A stretch of 62,967 nucleotides of DNA from a virus: the UHGV virus genome UHGV-0240508, one strand, 5' to 3'. The notes below the pieces were generated by a model, which was given only the letters and a program-made list of their open reading frames with translations, did not search any database and was not told the DNA's origin. Positions 1 to 8,990 of the stretch are shown piece after piece; position 1 is the first letter of the stretch; each line of letters starts with the position of its first letter. Made by a program: the position numbers and the translations under genes.

Positions 1-378
1 ACCATGCAGTCATGCTCGGGTTCTCGGCTGCCGCTCATCCCACGAAGTATACTTGCTCATGCTCAGGCAAGCTGTTGGCACACACACCATGCAGTCATGC
101 TCAGGCCAGCTGTTGGCACACACACCATGCAGTCATGCTCAGGCAAGCTGTTGGCACACACACCATGCAGTCATGCTCAGGCAAGCTGCTGGCACACACA
201 CCATGCAGTCATGCTCAGGCAAGCTGCTGGCACACACACACACCATGCAGTCATGCTCGGGTTCTCGGCTGCCGCTCATCCCACGAAGTATACTTGCTCA
301 TGCTCAGGCAAGCTGCTGGCACACACACGCCATGCAGTCATACTCGAGTTCTCAGCTGGTACCCACCCCACACCATGG
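1..378. repeat. Composite tandem direct-repeat array. A long unit of about 86 nt (ccatgcagtcatgctcgggttctcggctgccgctcatcccacgaagtatacttgctcatgctcaggcaagctgYtggcacacacac) occurs at about 2-88 and 242-329. Four short units of 38-39 nt (ccatgcagtcatgctcaggcaagctgttggcacacacac) lie at about 87-241. A degenerate copy lies at 331-378. The array continues from 62921-62967.
   Basis: Direct reading of repeated units. The window end (62921-62967) is identical to 280-326, and end plus start reproduces the internal unit junction ggcacacacaccatgcagtcatgctc. Confidence 0.9.
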
Positions 379-424
379 CAACGCGCATCCAATGCACAAA
401 CTATACCAACATACAGGAGGACCC

Positions 425-574
425 ATGAACATTGCCGACCGTTTATGGCGTCATGCCGACAGGCTTTGGGCGTGCCGTCGTCTTCGTGAAGCCGAGGCTT
501 GCCTTTTGCCGTGTCTGAGAGTATCGGATACAAACATACACCATGTATCTTACGAAACAAAGGAGGCAGTATGA
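425..574 (+). CDS. small hypothetical protein (49 aa), translationally coupled to the next gene
   Basis: AGGAGG at 415-420, four nt before ATG 425. Stop TGA 572-574 overlaps ATG 571 (ATGA). Lies just outside the repeat array. Confidence 0.3.
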   Translation: MNIADRLWRHADRLWACRRLREAEACLLPCLRVSDTNIHHVSYETKEAV

Positions 575-1152
575 TAATGCCGTCGACCGCCGCAACGAAT
601 GCGGCGCGAGCATTCGGGAAGTGTGCCGTGATGTTGCCGTATCATGGGTTTACGGTGGAGGAGCTCGACTTCGGTTTCCCGTCCGGTGCGGGCTTTTGCC
701 GGGATACGAGCGTTTGCATGGTGCGGTATCAGGACAGGCTCGTTGCGTGGCGGCGGGTGTCCTGCGAGTCCGCGCCCCTGTCGCGGGGGTCCGTGCCGTT
801 CGGGGGCTGCATCGCTTTTGACTCCGGAATACGGCATGGCCTGAAGTTGAAGAAGGGGTCGCGTCTTGCGCCCCACCTGATGCCGACATTGCTTGTTCCC
901 GGTGCGATGGCGATGCATCCGAACGTGTTCTATGTGCAGCCCGACGCATGGCCGATGACCACGAAGTCCACGTATCTTTCGGACGGTTCGAAGGAACTCG
1001 GCAAGCACCTTCGCGGCTTCATGGAGTATTTCGGCTTCAAGTTCCGGACATATTTCGTGGCGGACAGGTTCTGGACGTTTCTCGACACGGATACCGAGGC
1101 GTGGCCTCTCATGCCGGGTATGCCTTTCGGCTTTCTCGTGCCCGAGAAGTAA
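571..1152 (+). CDS. hypothetical early protein (193 aa)
   Basis: ORF 499..1152 trimmed to internal ATG 571, which has AGGAGG at 561-566. No recognisable motif. Confidence 0.5.
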   Translation: MIMPSTAATNAARAFGKCAVMLPYHGFTVEELDFGFPSGAGFCRDTSVCMVRYQDRLVAWRRVSCESAPLSRGSVPFGGCIAFDSGIRHGLKLKKGSRLAPHLMPTLLVPGAMAMHPNVFYVQPDAWPMTTKSTYLSDGSKELGKHLRGFMEYFGFKFRTYFVADRFWTFLDTDTEAWPLMPGMPFGFLVPEK

Positions 1153-1246
1153 GGGGGCACATGCCCCGATACCGTGATGCCGCGAGCCTGTGAAAGGTCC
1201 CGCGTTCCGGCAGGGAGCGCGGGCCTGAACGATAAGGGAGGATTCC

Positions 1247-2113
1247 ATGTCTGAGATTATGCGGTGTGTCTTTGAGAAGTGCGAGCCGGTACGAAACGTG
1301 ACGGCTCTGGCGCTCATGCAGTATGTCTGCGAGGAGTTTCCTCGGTCGCGTGTGGATGTGGTCGGGATGGATAACTTCATGGGCAAGCCGAGCATGGGTG
1401 ATGACGACATACTATGGAGTGTGGAGGAGCGCGAAGACGACGTCGTCTTTACGCTTGTCGATCGCGGGAGTCTCACGCCGGATGGGGTCCGGGCGTTCGT
1501 CTATAAGGCGTCGAGTGGTTTCGTGCGGCGGAACATGGATCATCAGATGGTGGAGGCCATGTTTAGCGAGTGTGTGCGGGGGACGTTTGCCAAGGATATG
1601 CGTGAGTCCGGGCGGGACTGGGATTTCGACCGGTTCTGCGAGCGGCTTCTTTTGCGCCCCACTCATGGAGGGAAGCGTGTGCGCCTTCATCCCGAGGCGG
1701 AACAACTGTTGTTTTCTTGTGGCATATGGGCTGATAACATATGTACGTTTTTTGCGTATGACGGCACGGCGGAGACGTTTGCCGAGTGTTGCAGTCTGGA
1801 CTTGCTCGGCACGTATGTCGGTGCCGTGATGAACGGCATCGACCTGGACGATGATTCCATTGCCGTGTCATGCTATCTGACTTTGCCCGATGAGATGCCG
1901 TATCTGCTGGAGTACATGCTTGCGTCCGAGTGTCTTCGTGTGCTGCGCATCGTGAACCGGGCGAACACACTCAGCCGTCGATACGGATGGCGTACCCGTT
2001 GGCTTCCGTTGCCTTCCGTCGAGCCCTTGCCGTATCCGGAGTGGCGGGCGTACTTCGTCGACCCCACGAAGCCCGACTTCGCGTTCGAGCACATGCAGGC
2101 TCATAACGTGTAG
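1247..2113 (+). CDS. hypothetical protein (288 aa)
   Basis: Long ORF with RBS AAGGGAGG upstream. Composition is protein-like rather than Arg-rich noise. Confidence 0.55.
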   Translation: MSEIMRCVFEKCEPVRNVTALALMQYVCEEFPRSRVDVVGMDNFMGKPSMGDDDILWSVEEREDDVVFTLVDRGSLTPDGVRAFVYKASSGFVRRNMDHQMVEAMFSECVRGTFAKDMRESGRDWDFDRFCERLLLRPTHGGKRVRLHPEAEQLLFSCGIWADNICTFFAYDGTAETFAECCSLDLLGTYVGAVMNGIDLDDDSIAVSCYLTLPDEMPYLLEYMLASECLRVLRIVNRANTLSRRYGWRTRWLPLPSVEPLPYPEWRAYFVDPTKPDFAFEHMQAHNV

Positions 2114-2124
2114 GGAGAGTAGAT

Positions 2125-2922
2125 ATGGCTAACAGTTTCAATGTGGTTACGGCGCTCCAGACTATCCATGAGCATACGCACGCCGTAGGGTTCGGGTGCA
2201 TACCATCCGACTGGACGACGGGGGACCCGGCGGCGTTTTGCGAGGTCAACAACCTTTTCGTACCGGGTCTTGCCGCATGGTTCTTCGATGTCGTCCGTCG
2301 TCCGTTCGGCGATGGCTCATGTGAGTTGGGTATTTCACTGCCGCGTGATTGTACATGGGACGTGAGGAACCGTAAGATCGGCAGTGGATGGAGGCGGAAC
2401 TTTTCATGTGGATCGCACAGCCCGCTCTCCGTCATGGAGATCATGGAGATGGGCGGCGGGAAGCGTGAGATGCGGTTCATTTTCCGCAGAAACCCCGAGG
2501 CGCTGCTTGGTGCGCTGTGGTGTCTGAATATGATGGGCCGCGTCGGGGTCATGCCGTTCGACCCGCAGGTCTACCTGTTGCATACGATGAAGCACGGGGA
2601 CGGGCTGTTGCTCGACGCGACCGTGTGCGTGTCCGATACGTTCTATTTCGTCGACGACAGGGATACCGGGTATGGTATCCTGTGGCATGGGCGGGATGGG
2701 GGCGACCCCGTGTCGCGCACCGGGGTTACCGAGATGAAGGCGTCCGCCATACGTGCGCATCCCGACTATGAGGATGTCTCGTTGCCGCTGTCCGTCCGGT
2801 GCCCCGGTGCGGTTCCGCCGGAGACGCACCGCCCCGGTACCGTGATTGCGGAAATGACCTTTACCGTCCCTCTCCATGCCGCACGGCGGCAAAGGGAGGC
2901 GGATCTTTGGGCATTGCTGTGA
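2125..2922 (+). CDS. hypothetical protein (265 aa)
   Basis: ORF tightly following the previous gene with GGGAGAG upstream. No motif recognised. Confidence 0.55.
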   Translation: MANSFNVVTALQTIHEHTHAVGFGCIPSDWTTGDPAAFCEVNNLFVPGLAAWFFDVVRRPFGDGSCELGISLPRDCTWDVRNRKIGSGWRRNFSCGSHSPLSVMEIMEMGGGKREMRFIFRRNPEALLGALWCLNMMGRVGVMPFDPQVYLLHTMKHGDGLLLDATVCVSDTFYFVDDRDTGYGILWHGRDGGDPVSRTGVTEMKASAIRAHPDYEDVSLPLSVRCPGAVPPETHRPGTVIAEMTFTVPLHAARRQREADLWALL

Positions 2923-2929
2923 GGTGAAG

Positions 2930-3112
2930 ATGAGAAGCATTAGAGAATATATCAGGAAGACGCTGTTTGATTCGTCTTCCATCTTGCCCGCGTACAGGCT
3001 TGACGCGCCGCAACGAGTCAAGGACTTCGCCTTTGTTCGCGCTCCCGTGGAGCGGCTCGCCGACGTGTTGTCGTCGTGCGGCGGGAGCGAACTTCCCGGC
3101 AGGGTATTATGA
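2930..3112 (+). CDS. small hypothetical protein (60 aa)
   Basis: ATG 2930 preceded by GAGGTG at 2921-2926. Non-repetitive, protein-like sequence. Confidence 0.35.
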   Translation: MRSIREYIRKTLFDSSSILPAYRLDAPQRVKDFAFVRAPVERLADVLSSCGGSELPGRVL

Positions 3113-3122
3113 GCCGGAGTCG

Positions 3123-3719
3123 ATGCCGTATATGCTCGCCCTCCGTGATGCCTGCCACCCTTCCGGTCCGCTTGCCGGTGCCGGTACCCGGGGGCGGGCG
3201 TATGCGTTCGATATCAGGGAGCGGGTGCCGGAGACGACGCCGCTGGCATCCGTCCATATCAGATTGCCGCACCGCAAACGGTATATGGAGCTCGCCTATC
3301 TGTTCGAATATAAGGGCAAGAAGCGGCTCGTCTTCAAGGTGACGGCAAGCGCGCTCGTCCATGTCCAGCTCCTTGTCGAATGTTTCAGACGGGCGGGCGT
3401 ATTGCCGCAAGGCTTCGGCCTCGGCTGGCGCGACTTGGCGTGCGATAATAAATCGGGGAAGCCGCTGTTCATGTCCGATACGAATTTGGTATGGCGTTCC
3501 CCCACCAATCCTGAACAGTGGGTTGGAATGTGTCAGCTGATGGATGCGGACCGGAGTGATAGAAAGGTCTTGATGCCGACCACGGGGGAGGCGCTGCACT
3601 TTAGCTTATGCCGTGGCGACATTGCCGACGGTGAAGACGTCTTTTTCCTGAGCTTTGCTGTTGATGGCCGTACGATGCCCGTCGACACCGTACACTGCAC
3701 GATGTGGGATCTTTTATAA
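3123..3719 (+). CDS. hypothetical protein (198 aa)
   Basis: ORF 2967..3719 (TTG start, Arg-rich N-terminal extension) trimmed to ATG 3123, which has GGAG three nt upstream. Confidence 0.45.
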   Translation: MPYMLALRDACHPSGPLAGAGTRGRAYAFDIRERVPETTPLASVHIRLPHRKRYMELAYLFEYKGKKRLVFKVTASALVHVQLLVECFRRAGVLPQGFGLGWRDLACDNKSGKPLFMSDTNLVWRSPTNPEQWVGMCQLMDADRSDRKVLMPTTGEALHFSLCRGDIADGEDVFFLSFAVDGRTMPVDTVHCTMWDLL

Positions 3720-3730
3720 AGGAAAACGGT

Positions 3731-4483
3731 ATGGCGAATAACATTGATGCGATTGAGGTATACATGCGGGCGTGTATGAAGGACATGACGATGTTCGGCA
3801 CTAAGGCCACGCACATGGCGAACATGTCCGCCGGCAGGTATTTTCTGTCCCGTGTCCAGCCCGCCGAGGTGACGATAACCGTCAGGGAATGGTGGCAAAG
3901 GATGATGTCGCACGGTTTCTGCGAACCGCCTTCTTATGGGTTGGGCGATTCGGACTGGTATGCGGAGCCTTACGCATCCAATACCCGCATACACGAATAT
4001 GTTAAAGACGTGTATGTCGAAGGTTTCAGACCTGAGTTGCTGCTGTCGGCGTGCTCTTACGGGACGGAGTATCCCAAGTCGGTTATCGCCGTGTTCGGAA
4101 CGGTAAGAAACACGGGCGTGTGCACCGTGTTTCTTAAACACCATTGCTTCTTCCACGCCTTGTGGCTTCTGTATATATTGTATGTGGAGGATATTGTCCG
4201 GTCTCTCTGTGTCGTCAATACGTATGGTCGCGTCTATTTGAGCGGCCAGTCGGGGTCTTTGGATGTGGGCAAGCCCGTCAAGGTACGGCTCCTCGGCGGC
4301 GAGCCGTGCGGTCTGCTGGATTTCACGGAGCCCGTGGTCAAAGGCTCCGGCGCGGACGAGTTCTATATCAGGTCGTATGACGACGGCTACAATGGAGCCA
4401 TCGCCGTCTCGATGAACTTGAATATGGCCCCGAGAATACGGGCCTTTATACCTAACACACTGTCATTGTTTGATATTATCTAA
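3731..4483 (+). CDS. hypothetical protein (250 aa)
   Basis: ORF 3704..4483 trimmed to ATG 3731, which has AAGGA seven nt upstream. Confidence 0.5.
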   Translation: MANNIDAIEVYMRACMKDMTMFGTKATHMANMSAGRYFLSRVQPAEVTITVREWWQRMMSHGFCEPPSYGLGDSDWYAEPYASNTRIHEYVKDVYVEGFRPELLLSACSYGTEYPKSVIAVFGTVRNTGVCTVFLKHHCFFHALWLLYILYVEDIVRSLCVVNTYGRVYLSGQSGSLDVGKPVKVRLLGGEPCGLLDFTEPVVKGSGADEFYIRSYDDGYNGAIAVSMNLNMAPRIRAFIPNTLSLFDII

Positions 4484-4494
4484 GGAGGGTATAC

Positions 4495-5019
4495 ATGATG
4501 GCATCAGCGCGTGCAAGACTCATGACTGCGGTAGACCTCACGCTCACCGTGCAGGGCGACGACCCCGACGCTCCCATTGTTCACGAAGTCCAAGGCCCCG
4601 GGGGTGCGAATGATATATTCGAGGTGCGGCAGGACGTCCGCTTCTATCTCCAGATAAGTCGTATCCAAAACCTCGTCGCGGATATTGCGGAGAAGACCAT
4701 CATCTTCGAAGCGTTCTACACCGATAAGGATATCAATATCATCAATCTGTGTGGGCAAAGGGAGTACGTGGGGAAATCATTTCTCGCCGAGGCCATTTGC
4801 TCGGTCACTAAGTCCCTCTTTATATCGAAGAAGATGGACTATTACCTGTCGGACCTCGCCTTGAATATGAGCGCGATTACAGTTACGGACGGCAAATGGG
4901 TGGATCGACTGGAATTGCGCGTATCTCCCGATGACCCAAGTCTCAGGCTCCCCGTGAAGCGAAAGAAGCTCGAGTTCCATAATCTTGCCGAAAATGTAAG
5001 TTTGTGGAATATAATATAG
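4495..5019 (+). CDS. hypothetical protein (174 aa)
   Basis: Strong RBS TAAGGAGGG before ATGATG at 4495. Confidence 0.55.
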   Translation: MMASARARLMTAVDLTLTVQGDDPDAPIVHEVQGPGGANDIFEVRQDVRFYLQISRIQNLVADIAEKTIIFEAFYTDKDINIINLCGQREYVGKSFLAEAICSVTKSLFISKKMDYYLSDLALNMSAITVTDGKWVDRLELRVSPDDPSLRLPVKRKKLEFHNLAENVSLWNII

Positions 5020-5048
5020 TTGACTAGTTTATATCTTTAACATATAAA
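5020..5048 (+). promoter_or_regulatory. sigma70-like promoter: TTGACT-N17-TATAAA
   Basis: TTGACT at 5020-5025, 17-nt spacer, TATAAA at 5043-5048, then AGGAG and ATG at 5060. Confidence 0.55.
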
Positions 5049-5059
5049 GGAGAAACAAG

Positions 5060-5500
5060 ATGCAGGAAGAACATGAACTTGAGATGAAGGCCGAAGAGCT
5101 CTTCAACATGACTTTCGGACCGCTCACATGGAACCCCGATGATGAAGATGAGGCGAAGGATATCGTGGACTGCGCGGTGAAGGATGGACTTATGGCCATG
5201 CCGGACGCGGAGGACATGGAGGAATGCCTCGACGACGTTGCAAGGGACGCGCAGGACAGGATGATTAACGACATGTGCGAGCACATCCTGTCCGTTGAGA
5301 AGACCGTCATCAAGACGTACATCTTGGCGACGGGCGCCCCCGCCTACGGCGTGGAGATTCGCTATGACGACTGTGACGGACATGGGGAGGTCGACTCTGT
5401 ACGGTTCTGGTATCAGGACTGGGACACGAAGAAGGCGTACTATTTCGTGCCGGAGGACTTATGGAGCGTCGTGCTCGACGTGCTCGGTGTGGAATACTAG
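5060..5500 (+). CDS. highly acidic small protein (146 aa, roughly 27% Asp+Glu); candidate DNA-mimic or anti-restriction-type early protein
   Basis: Translation is rich in D/E runs (PDDEDEAKD, PDAEDMEE, YDDCDGHGE). Own promoter and strong RBS. Function inferred from composition only. Confidence 0.6.
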   Translation: MQEEHELEMKAEELFNMTFGPLTWNPDDEDEAKDIVDCAVKDGLMAMPDAEDMEECLDDVARDAQDRMINDMCEHILSVEKTVIKTYILATGAPAYGVEIRYDDCDGHGEVDSVRFWYQDWDTKKAYYFVPEDLWSVVLDVLGVEY

Positions 5501-5546
5501 AAACCAAGCGCTCCTTCGGGGACGCGAAATGCGAAGGAGAATCACG

Positions 5547-5990
5547 ATGCCTAGAGAATTGAAGTATTTCGAGCGTGTCTTGCTATCGGCTTTGGCGAGC
5601 CTTGATGAAGCCCACGAAGCGGGCCGCATTCCCGAGGATGATGCGTATGTCTTTTCGTTGACGAGCATCGTCGATGACGTAAACCCCAATTCCACGAACC
5701 CGACGCAGGGGCAGAACATTGTGGTGATAGGTATGCCCGAGGCCAGAGAAGAGAAGCCTCTCTTGCTTCGGGAGCGCATCACGTTCGTGGCGGCGGCCAT
5801 GCATTCCATCATCGCCTTCGTGCAGACGGGCTTTGAGGAGGCGAAGGCGAATCCTTCGGAGAACGACTTTATGATGATGGATGAAGACCTCGGCGGAGAC
5901 TTGAGGATGAAGGCGATGGAGGCGTGCATGAGCGTCATTGCCGCCATTGCGGATCAACACGAAGAAGACAGTAACCAGATTTGGAACTGA
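5547..5990 (+). CDS. hypothetical protein (147 aa)
   Basis: ORF 5295..5990 (Arg-rich N-terminus) trimmed to ATG 5547, which has GAAGGAGA upstream. Confidence 0.5.
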   Translation: MPRELKYFERVLLSALASLDEAHEAGRIPEDDAYVFSLTSIVDDVNPNSTNPTQGQNIVVIGMPEAREEKPLLLRERITFVAAAMHSIIAFVQTGFEEAKANPSENDFMMMDEDLGGDLRMKAMEACMSVIAAIADQHEEDSNQIWN

Positions 5991-6001
5991 AAGGAGACCG
6001 A

Positions 6002-6961
6002 ATGATGACTGCGATGAACAACAAGACGACGGTGTTTGATGCTGGCGAGGTTTTCGGCGGACGTAAGAGCGGGCGTCCCGTGGTCGGCTTCCTGAAGCCG
6101 AACGATTACGTGCCTGATGAAGACCTCCGGTACGTCATGCCTCAGTGGGCCGGGGCCATTGCGTTCTGGTTCGCTCATGTCAAGGATCCGCTCTTCGTCT
6201 TCGGCCCGACCGGATGCGGCAAGACGTCGGCTGTGAAGCAACTTGCGCGGCGCATTAATTTTCCCGTGTACGAGACGACGGGGCACAATCGGCTGGAGTT
6301 CCCGGAGCTCGTCGGGCACCATGCCGTCATCGACGGCAACATGAAGTTCGAGTACGGTCCGCTCACGCAGGCCATGAAGTACGGCGGCATCTTCCTCTTG
6401 AATGAAGTCGACCTGCTCTCTCCCGATGCGATGGCCGGGATGAACTCCATCCTTGACGGCTCGCCGCTCTGCATTGCGGAGAACGGCGGGGAGGTCGTAA
6501 AGCCGCATCCGCTGTTCCGCTTCGTGGCCACGGCCAACTCGAATGGCACGGGCGATGAGACGGGCCTGTATCAGGGGGTCCTGCGCATGAACGCAGCCGC
6601 GGCTGATCGGTTTTTCATGGTCAAGGCGGACTACATGGCGGAGTCCTCCGAGCTCGCGATGCTCAGGAAGGCGTGTCCGCAGCTTTCGGATGAAGAGGTG
6701 GCGCAGCTGACGTCGTTTGCGCAGGCCATCCGCAAGCTCTTTGCCGGGGACGGCGACGACACGCACGTCGCGCAGCTTTCCATTACCATGTCGACCCGCA
6801 CGCTTCTGCGGTGGGGCCTCTTCATGCAGGTCCTGAAGGAGTCGGCGGGCAATGCGAATTATAACTTCTGCAAGCAGGCGCTTAATCACACCTTCGCGTA
6901 TAAGGCGTCGAGTTCCGACCGGGTGGCGATTGACGAAATCTACCAACGCATCTTCGGTTAG
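6002..6961 (+). CDS. cobS-like: AAA+ ATPase, MoxR/CobS-like (cobaltochelatase CobS family, as found in phages)
   Basis: Walker A GPTGCGKT, Walker B FLLNEVD, sensor ATANS. Length of about 320 aa is typical of CobS. ATG 6002 follows AGGAGA. Confidence 0.75.
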   Translation: MMTAMNNKTTVFDAGEVFGGRKSGRPVVGFLKPNDYVPDEDLRYVMPQWAGAIAFWFAHVKDPLFVFGPTGCGKTSAVKQLARRINFPVYETTGHNRLEFPELVGHHAVIDGNMKFEYGPLTQAMKYGGIFLLNEVDLLSPDAMAGMNSILDGSPLCIAENGGEVVKPHPLFRFVATANSNGTGDETGLYQGVLRMNAAAADRFFMVKADYMAESSELAMLRKACPQLSDEEVAQLTSFAQAIRKLFAGDGDDTHVAQLSITMSTRTLLRWGLFMQVLKESAGNANYNFCKQALNHTFAYKASSSDRVAIDEIYQRIFG

Positions 6962-6969
6962 GAGGATAC

Positions 6970-7473
6970 ATGAATTATTTCGAGGACATCACGGGCAGGA
7001 CGTTCGGAGAGCTGACGGCTCTCCGCGTCGTGCGGGTTCTTACCAGACAGGGGTTGCGTCGCAACAAGACCATCCCCGTCTGGGAGTTTAAGTGCTCGTG
7101 CGGCAAGACCATTGAGGCGCGCATCGACAAGGTGCTGATGGAATACGTGCAGTCGTGCGGCTGCAAGCAGAAGAGGATGCGGTCCGACTTCGGGTCGCAC
7201 AACAAGACGCACGGCTGCACGTCCTCGTGGCTCTACCGCAGGCACAACGCGCTGCGCTTCATCGCAAAGGCGCGCAACCTTGATTGGGTGTGGCCGGACT
7301 TTCCGGCCTTCCTCGCATGGTTTATGCAGAAGTATCCGGGTGTTGCGGTGCAGGGCAGGAAGACGATTCCCAAAGGCTATCGCTTCATTCGCGACAGCCA
7401 GATGCGAGGCTTTACCAGAGAGAACCTCAAGTTTATCGGGCCGGATGGACGGGAGGTCTATCGGCTCGACTAG
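6970..7473 (+). CDS. Zn-ribbon protein (CxC...CxC) of unknown function, between the CobS-like and CobT-like genes
   Basis: Motifs KCSCGKT and SCGCKQK. GGAGG upstream. No confident family assignment. Confidence 0.5.
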   Translation: MNYFEDITGRTFGELTALRVVRVLTRQGLRRNKTIPVWEFKCSCGKTIEARIDKVLMEYVQSCGCKQKRMRSDFGSHNKTHGCTSSWLYRRHNALRFIAKARNLDWVWPDFPAFLAWFMQKYPGVAVQGRKTIPKGYRFIRDSQMRGFTRENLKFIGPDGREVYRLD

Positions 7474-7483
7474 GAGATACGGG

Positions 7484-8989
7484 ATGAGAAAGTATGGGGA
7501 CGCCATATCAATGGCGCTGGTGGCGAAGGCTATCTCCACAGACTACGGCGTTACCGTAGATGTGGTGCCCGGTGTTGCGACGGCTATGACTGGGGTGACG
7601 AGCGATGGCGGCAAGAAGATTATCATCCCTGCCATCGAGGAGACGGGCGAGAAGTATCTCACGTATCTGCGCGGGTATATCGACCATGAAGCCGGACATG
7701 TGCGCTTTACCGACGACGGGGTAGATATAAAGGGCCTCGGCCCGCTTGAACGGCATCTGTGGAACATCTTTGAAGACTGCTTCGTAGAGCGGCGTATGTC
7801 CCGCGCCTTTGCAGGATGCGGGGCGAATCTGCGGCGGCTCGTCTTGGAGATATTCGACAAGGACGACGAACTTGCAACGGACATGCCGGGGCTTGCCGTG
7901 AACTACTGCCTTATCCGGGCGCGTGCGGTGGACGTACCTGCGTTGGAATCGCGGGCGAAAGCGTGCGGGGAGCGGCTCGATGCCGCCGTGCCCGGCCTGA
8001 CCGAACGACTTGAGGACGCGCTTATCAGCGGGGCACGGTCGGAGAGCACGAAGGGATCGAAGGACCACGCCCTGCACGTGGCCGAGATTCTCCGGGATGC
8101 GGGCGTCGATATGCCGAGTGACGCGATGAAGGGGAACGAGGGGGACGGAGATGCTTTCGCCGACGCCGTCAAGAAGGCGATTGCCGAGCAGGTCGAAGCC
8201 AGCGGAGCGCCCGAGCCCGAGCAGATGGAGCGGTATACGGCGGGATGCGCCGGGAATGACGGCCGGGACCGCGACCGTCTGCTTGAGGAGCTTACGCCCA
8301 ACGACATCTATGCGGCGCGCAAGGAGACGGGTGTGCTCGATGCCCGCCTGCGCTCGCTCTTGCAGACCGTCGCCCTGAATCGGGAAGGAGGTTTTCGTCG
8401 GGGCAGGCTCGATTGCAATAAGCTCCACCGTCTGGCCGTAAATAATGCGCGGGTCTTCGCCTCGCGTGTGGAGAAGATATCGCTCAATACCGAGATAGGT
8501 ATGGTGGTCGACATGTCGGGCAGCATGTCGGGCGAGAAGGCGGTCGTCACTTCACGCTCACTCTTCGCCGCCATGTCGAGCCTGCGCAAGCTCCCCGTCT
8601 CCGTCCGCTCGTTTGCGGTGGGATTCTCGGGGAACGCTACCGTCGACATCCTCGACCCGCACGAGCCGCTCAGAATGCAGATGCGCATCGTCCCGAGCGG
8701 CGGGACGTCGTGCGGCGAGGGCGTCGTCAGAGCGTTGATGAAGTTCGTGCCGGGGTCGGACTCGAGAAAGATTATTTTCATCCTTACCGACGGCAGGACA
8801 TACAACGAGGAATACTTCAGACTTATCATCGAGCGGTGCGCGGCGCACGGCGTGGAACTTTACGGCTTCGGTATCTGCGACGACGGGTTGCGGGACTTTA
8901 TGCCGCCAGCAAGATGGCGCCGCGTAGATGATGTGAAGGCACTGCCGGCCGCCATGTTCGGGATGCTTCGCCAAGCTTTCGGAGTATAG
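7484..8989 (+). CDS. cobT-like: von Willebrand factor A domain protein, CobT-like
   Basis: MIDAS motif DMSGSMSG followed by TDG in the C-terminal vWA-like region. ORF 7280..8989 trimmed to ATG 7484 (GGAG upstream). Adjacent to the CobS-like ATPase. Confidence 0.7.
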   Translation: MRKYGDAISMALVAKAISTDYGVTVDVVPGVATAMTGVTSDGGKKIIIPAIEETGEKYLTYLRGYIDHEAGHVRFTDDGVDIKGLGPLERHLWNIFEDCFVERRMSRAFAGCGANLRRLVLEIFDKDDELATDMPGLAVNYCLIRARAVDVPALESRAKACGERLDAAVPGLTERLEDALISGARSESTKGSKDHALHVAEILRDAGVDMPSDAMKGNEGDGDAFADAVKKAIAEQVEASGAPEPEQMERYTAGCAGNDGRDRDRLLEELTPNDIYAARKETGVLDARLRSLLQTVALNREGGFRRGRLDCNKLHRLAVNNARVFASRVEKISLNTEIGMVVDMSGSMSGEKAVVTSRSLFAAMSSLRKLPVSVRSFAVGFSGNATVDILDPHEPLRMQMRIVPSGGTSCGEGVVRALMKFVPGSDSRKIIFILTDGRTYNEEYFRLIIERCAAHGVELYGFGICDDGLRDFMPPARWRRVDDVKALPAAMFGMLRQAFGV

Positions 8990-8990
8990 C

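Noticed and set aside
1-378. Possible CRISPR array
   Set aside because: Units are directly abutting with no unique spacers, and no cas genes are present. The Cas4-like protein belongs to the replication cluster.
4-574. ORFs 4..489, 12..428, 53..574 and 276..560 over the window start
   Set aside because: They are translations of the tandem repeat array (periodic MQSCSG/HTHHAVMLR peptides). Only the tail 425..574 outside the array is kept as a low-confidence gene.
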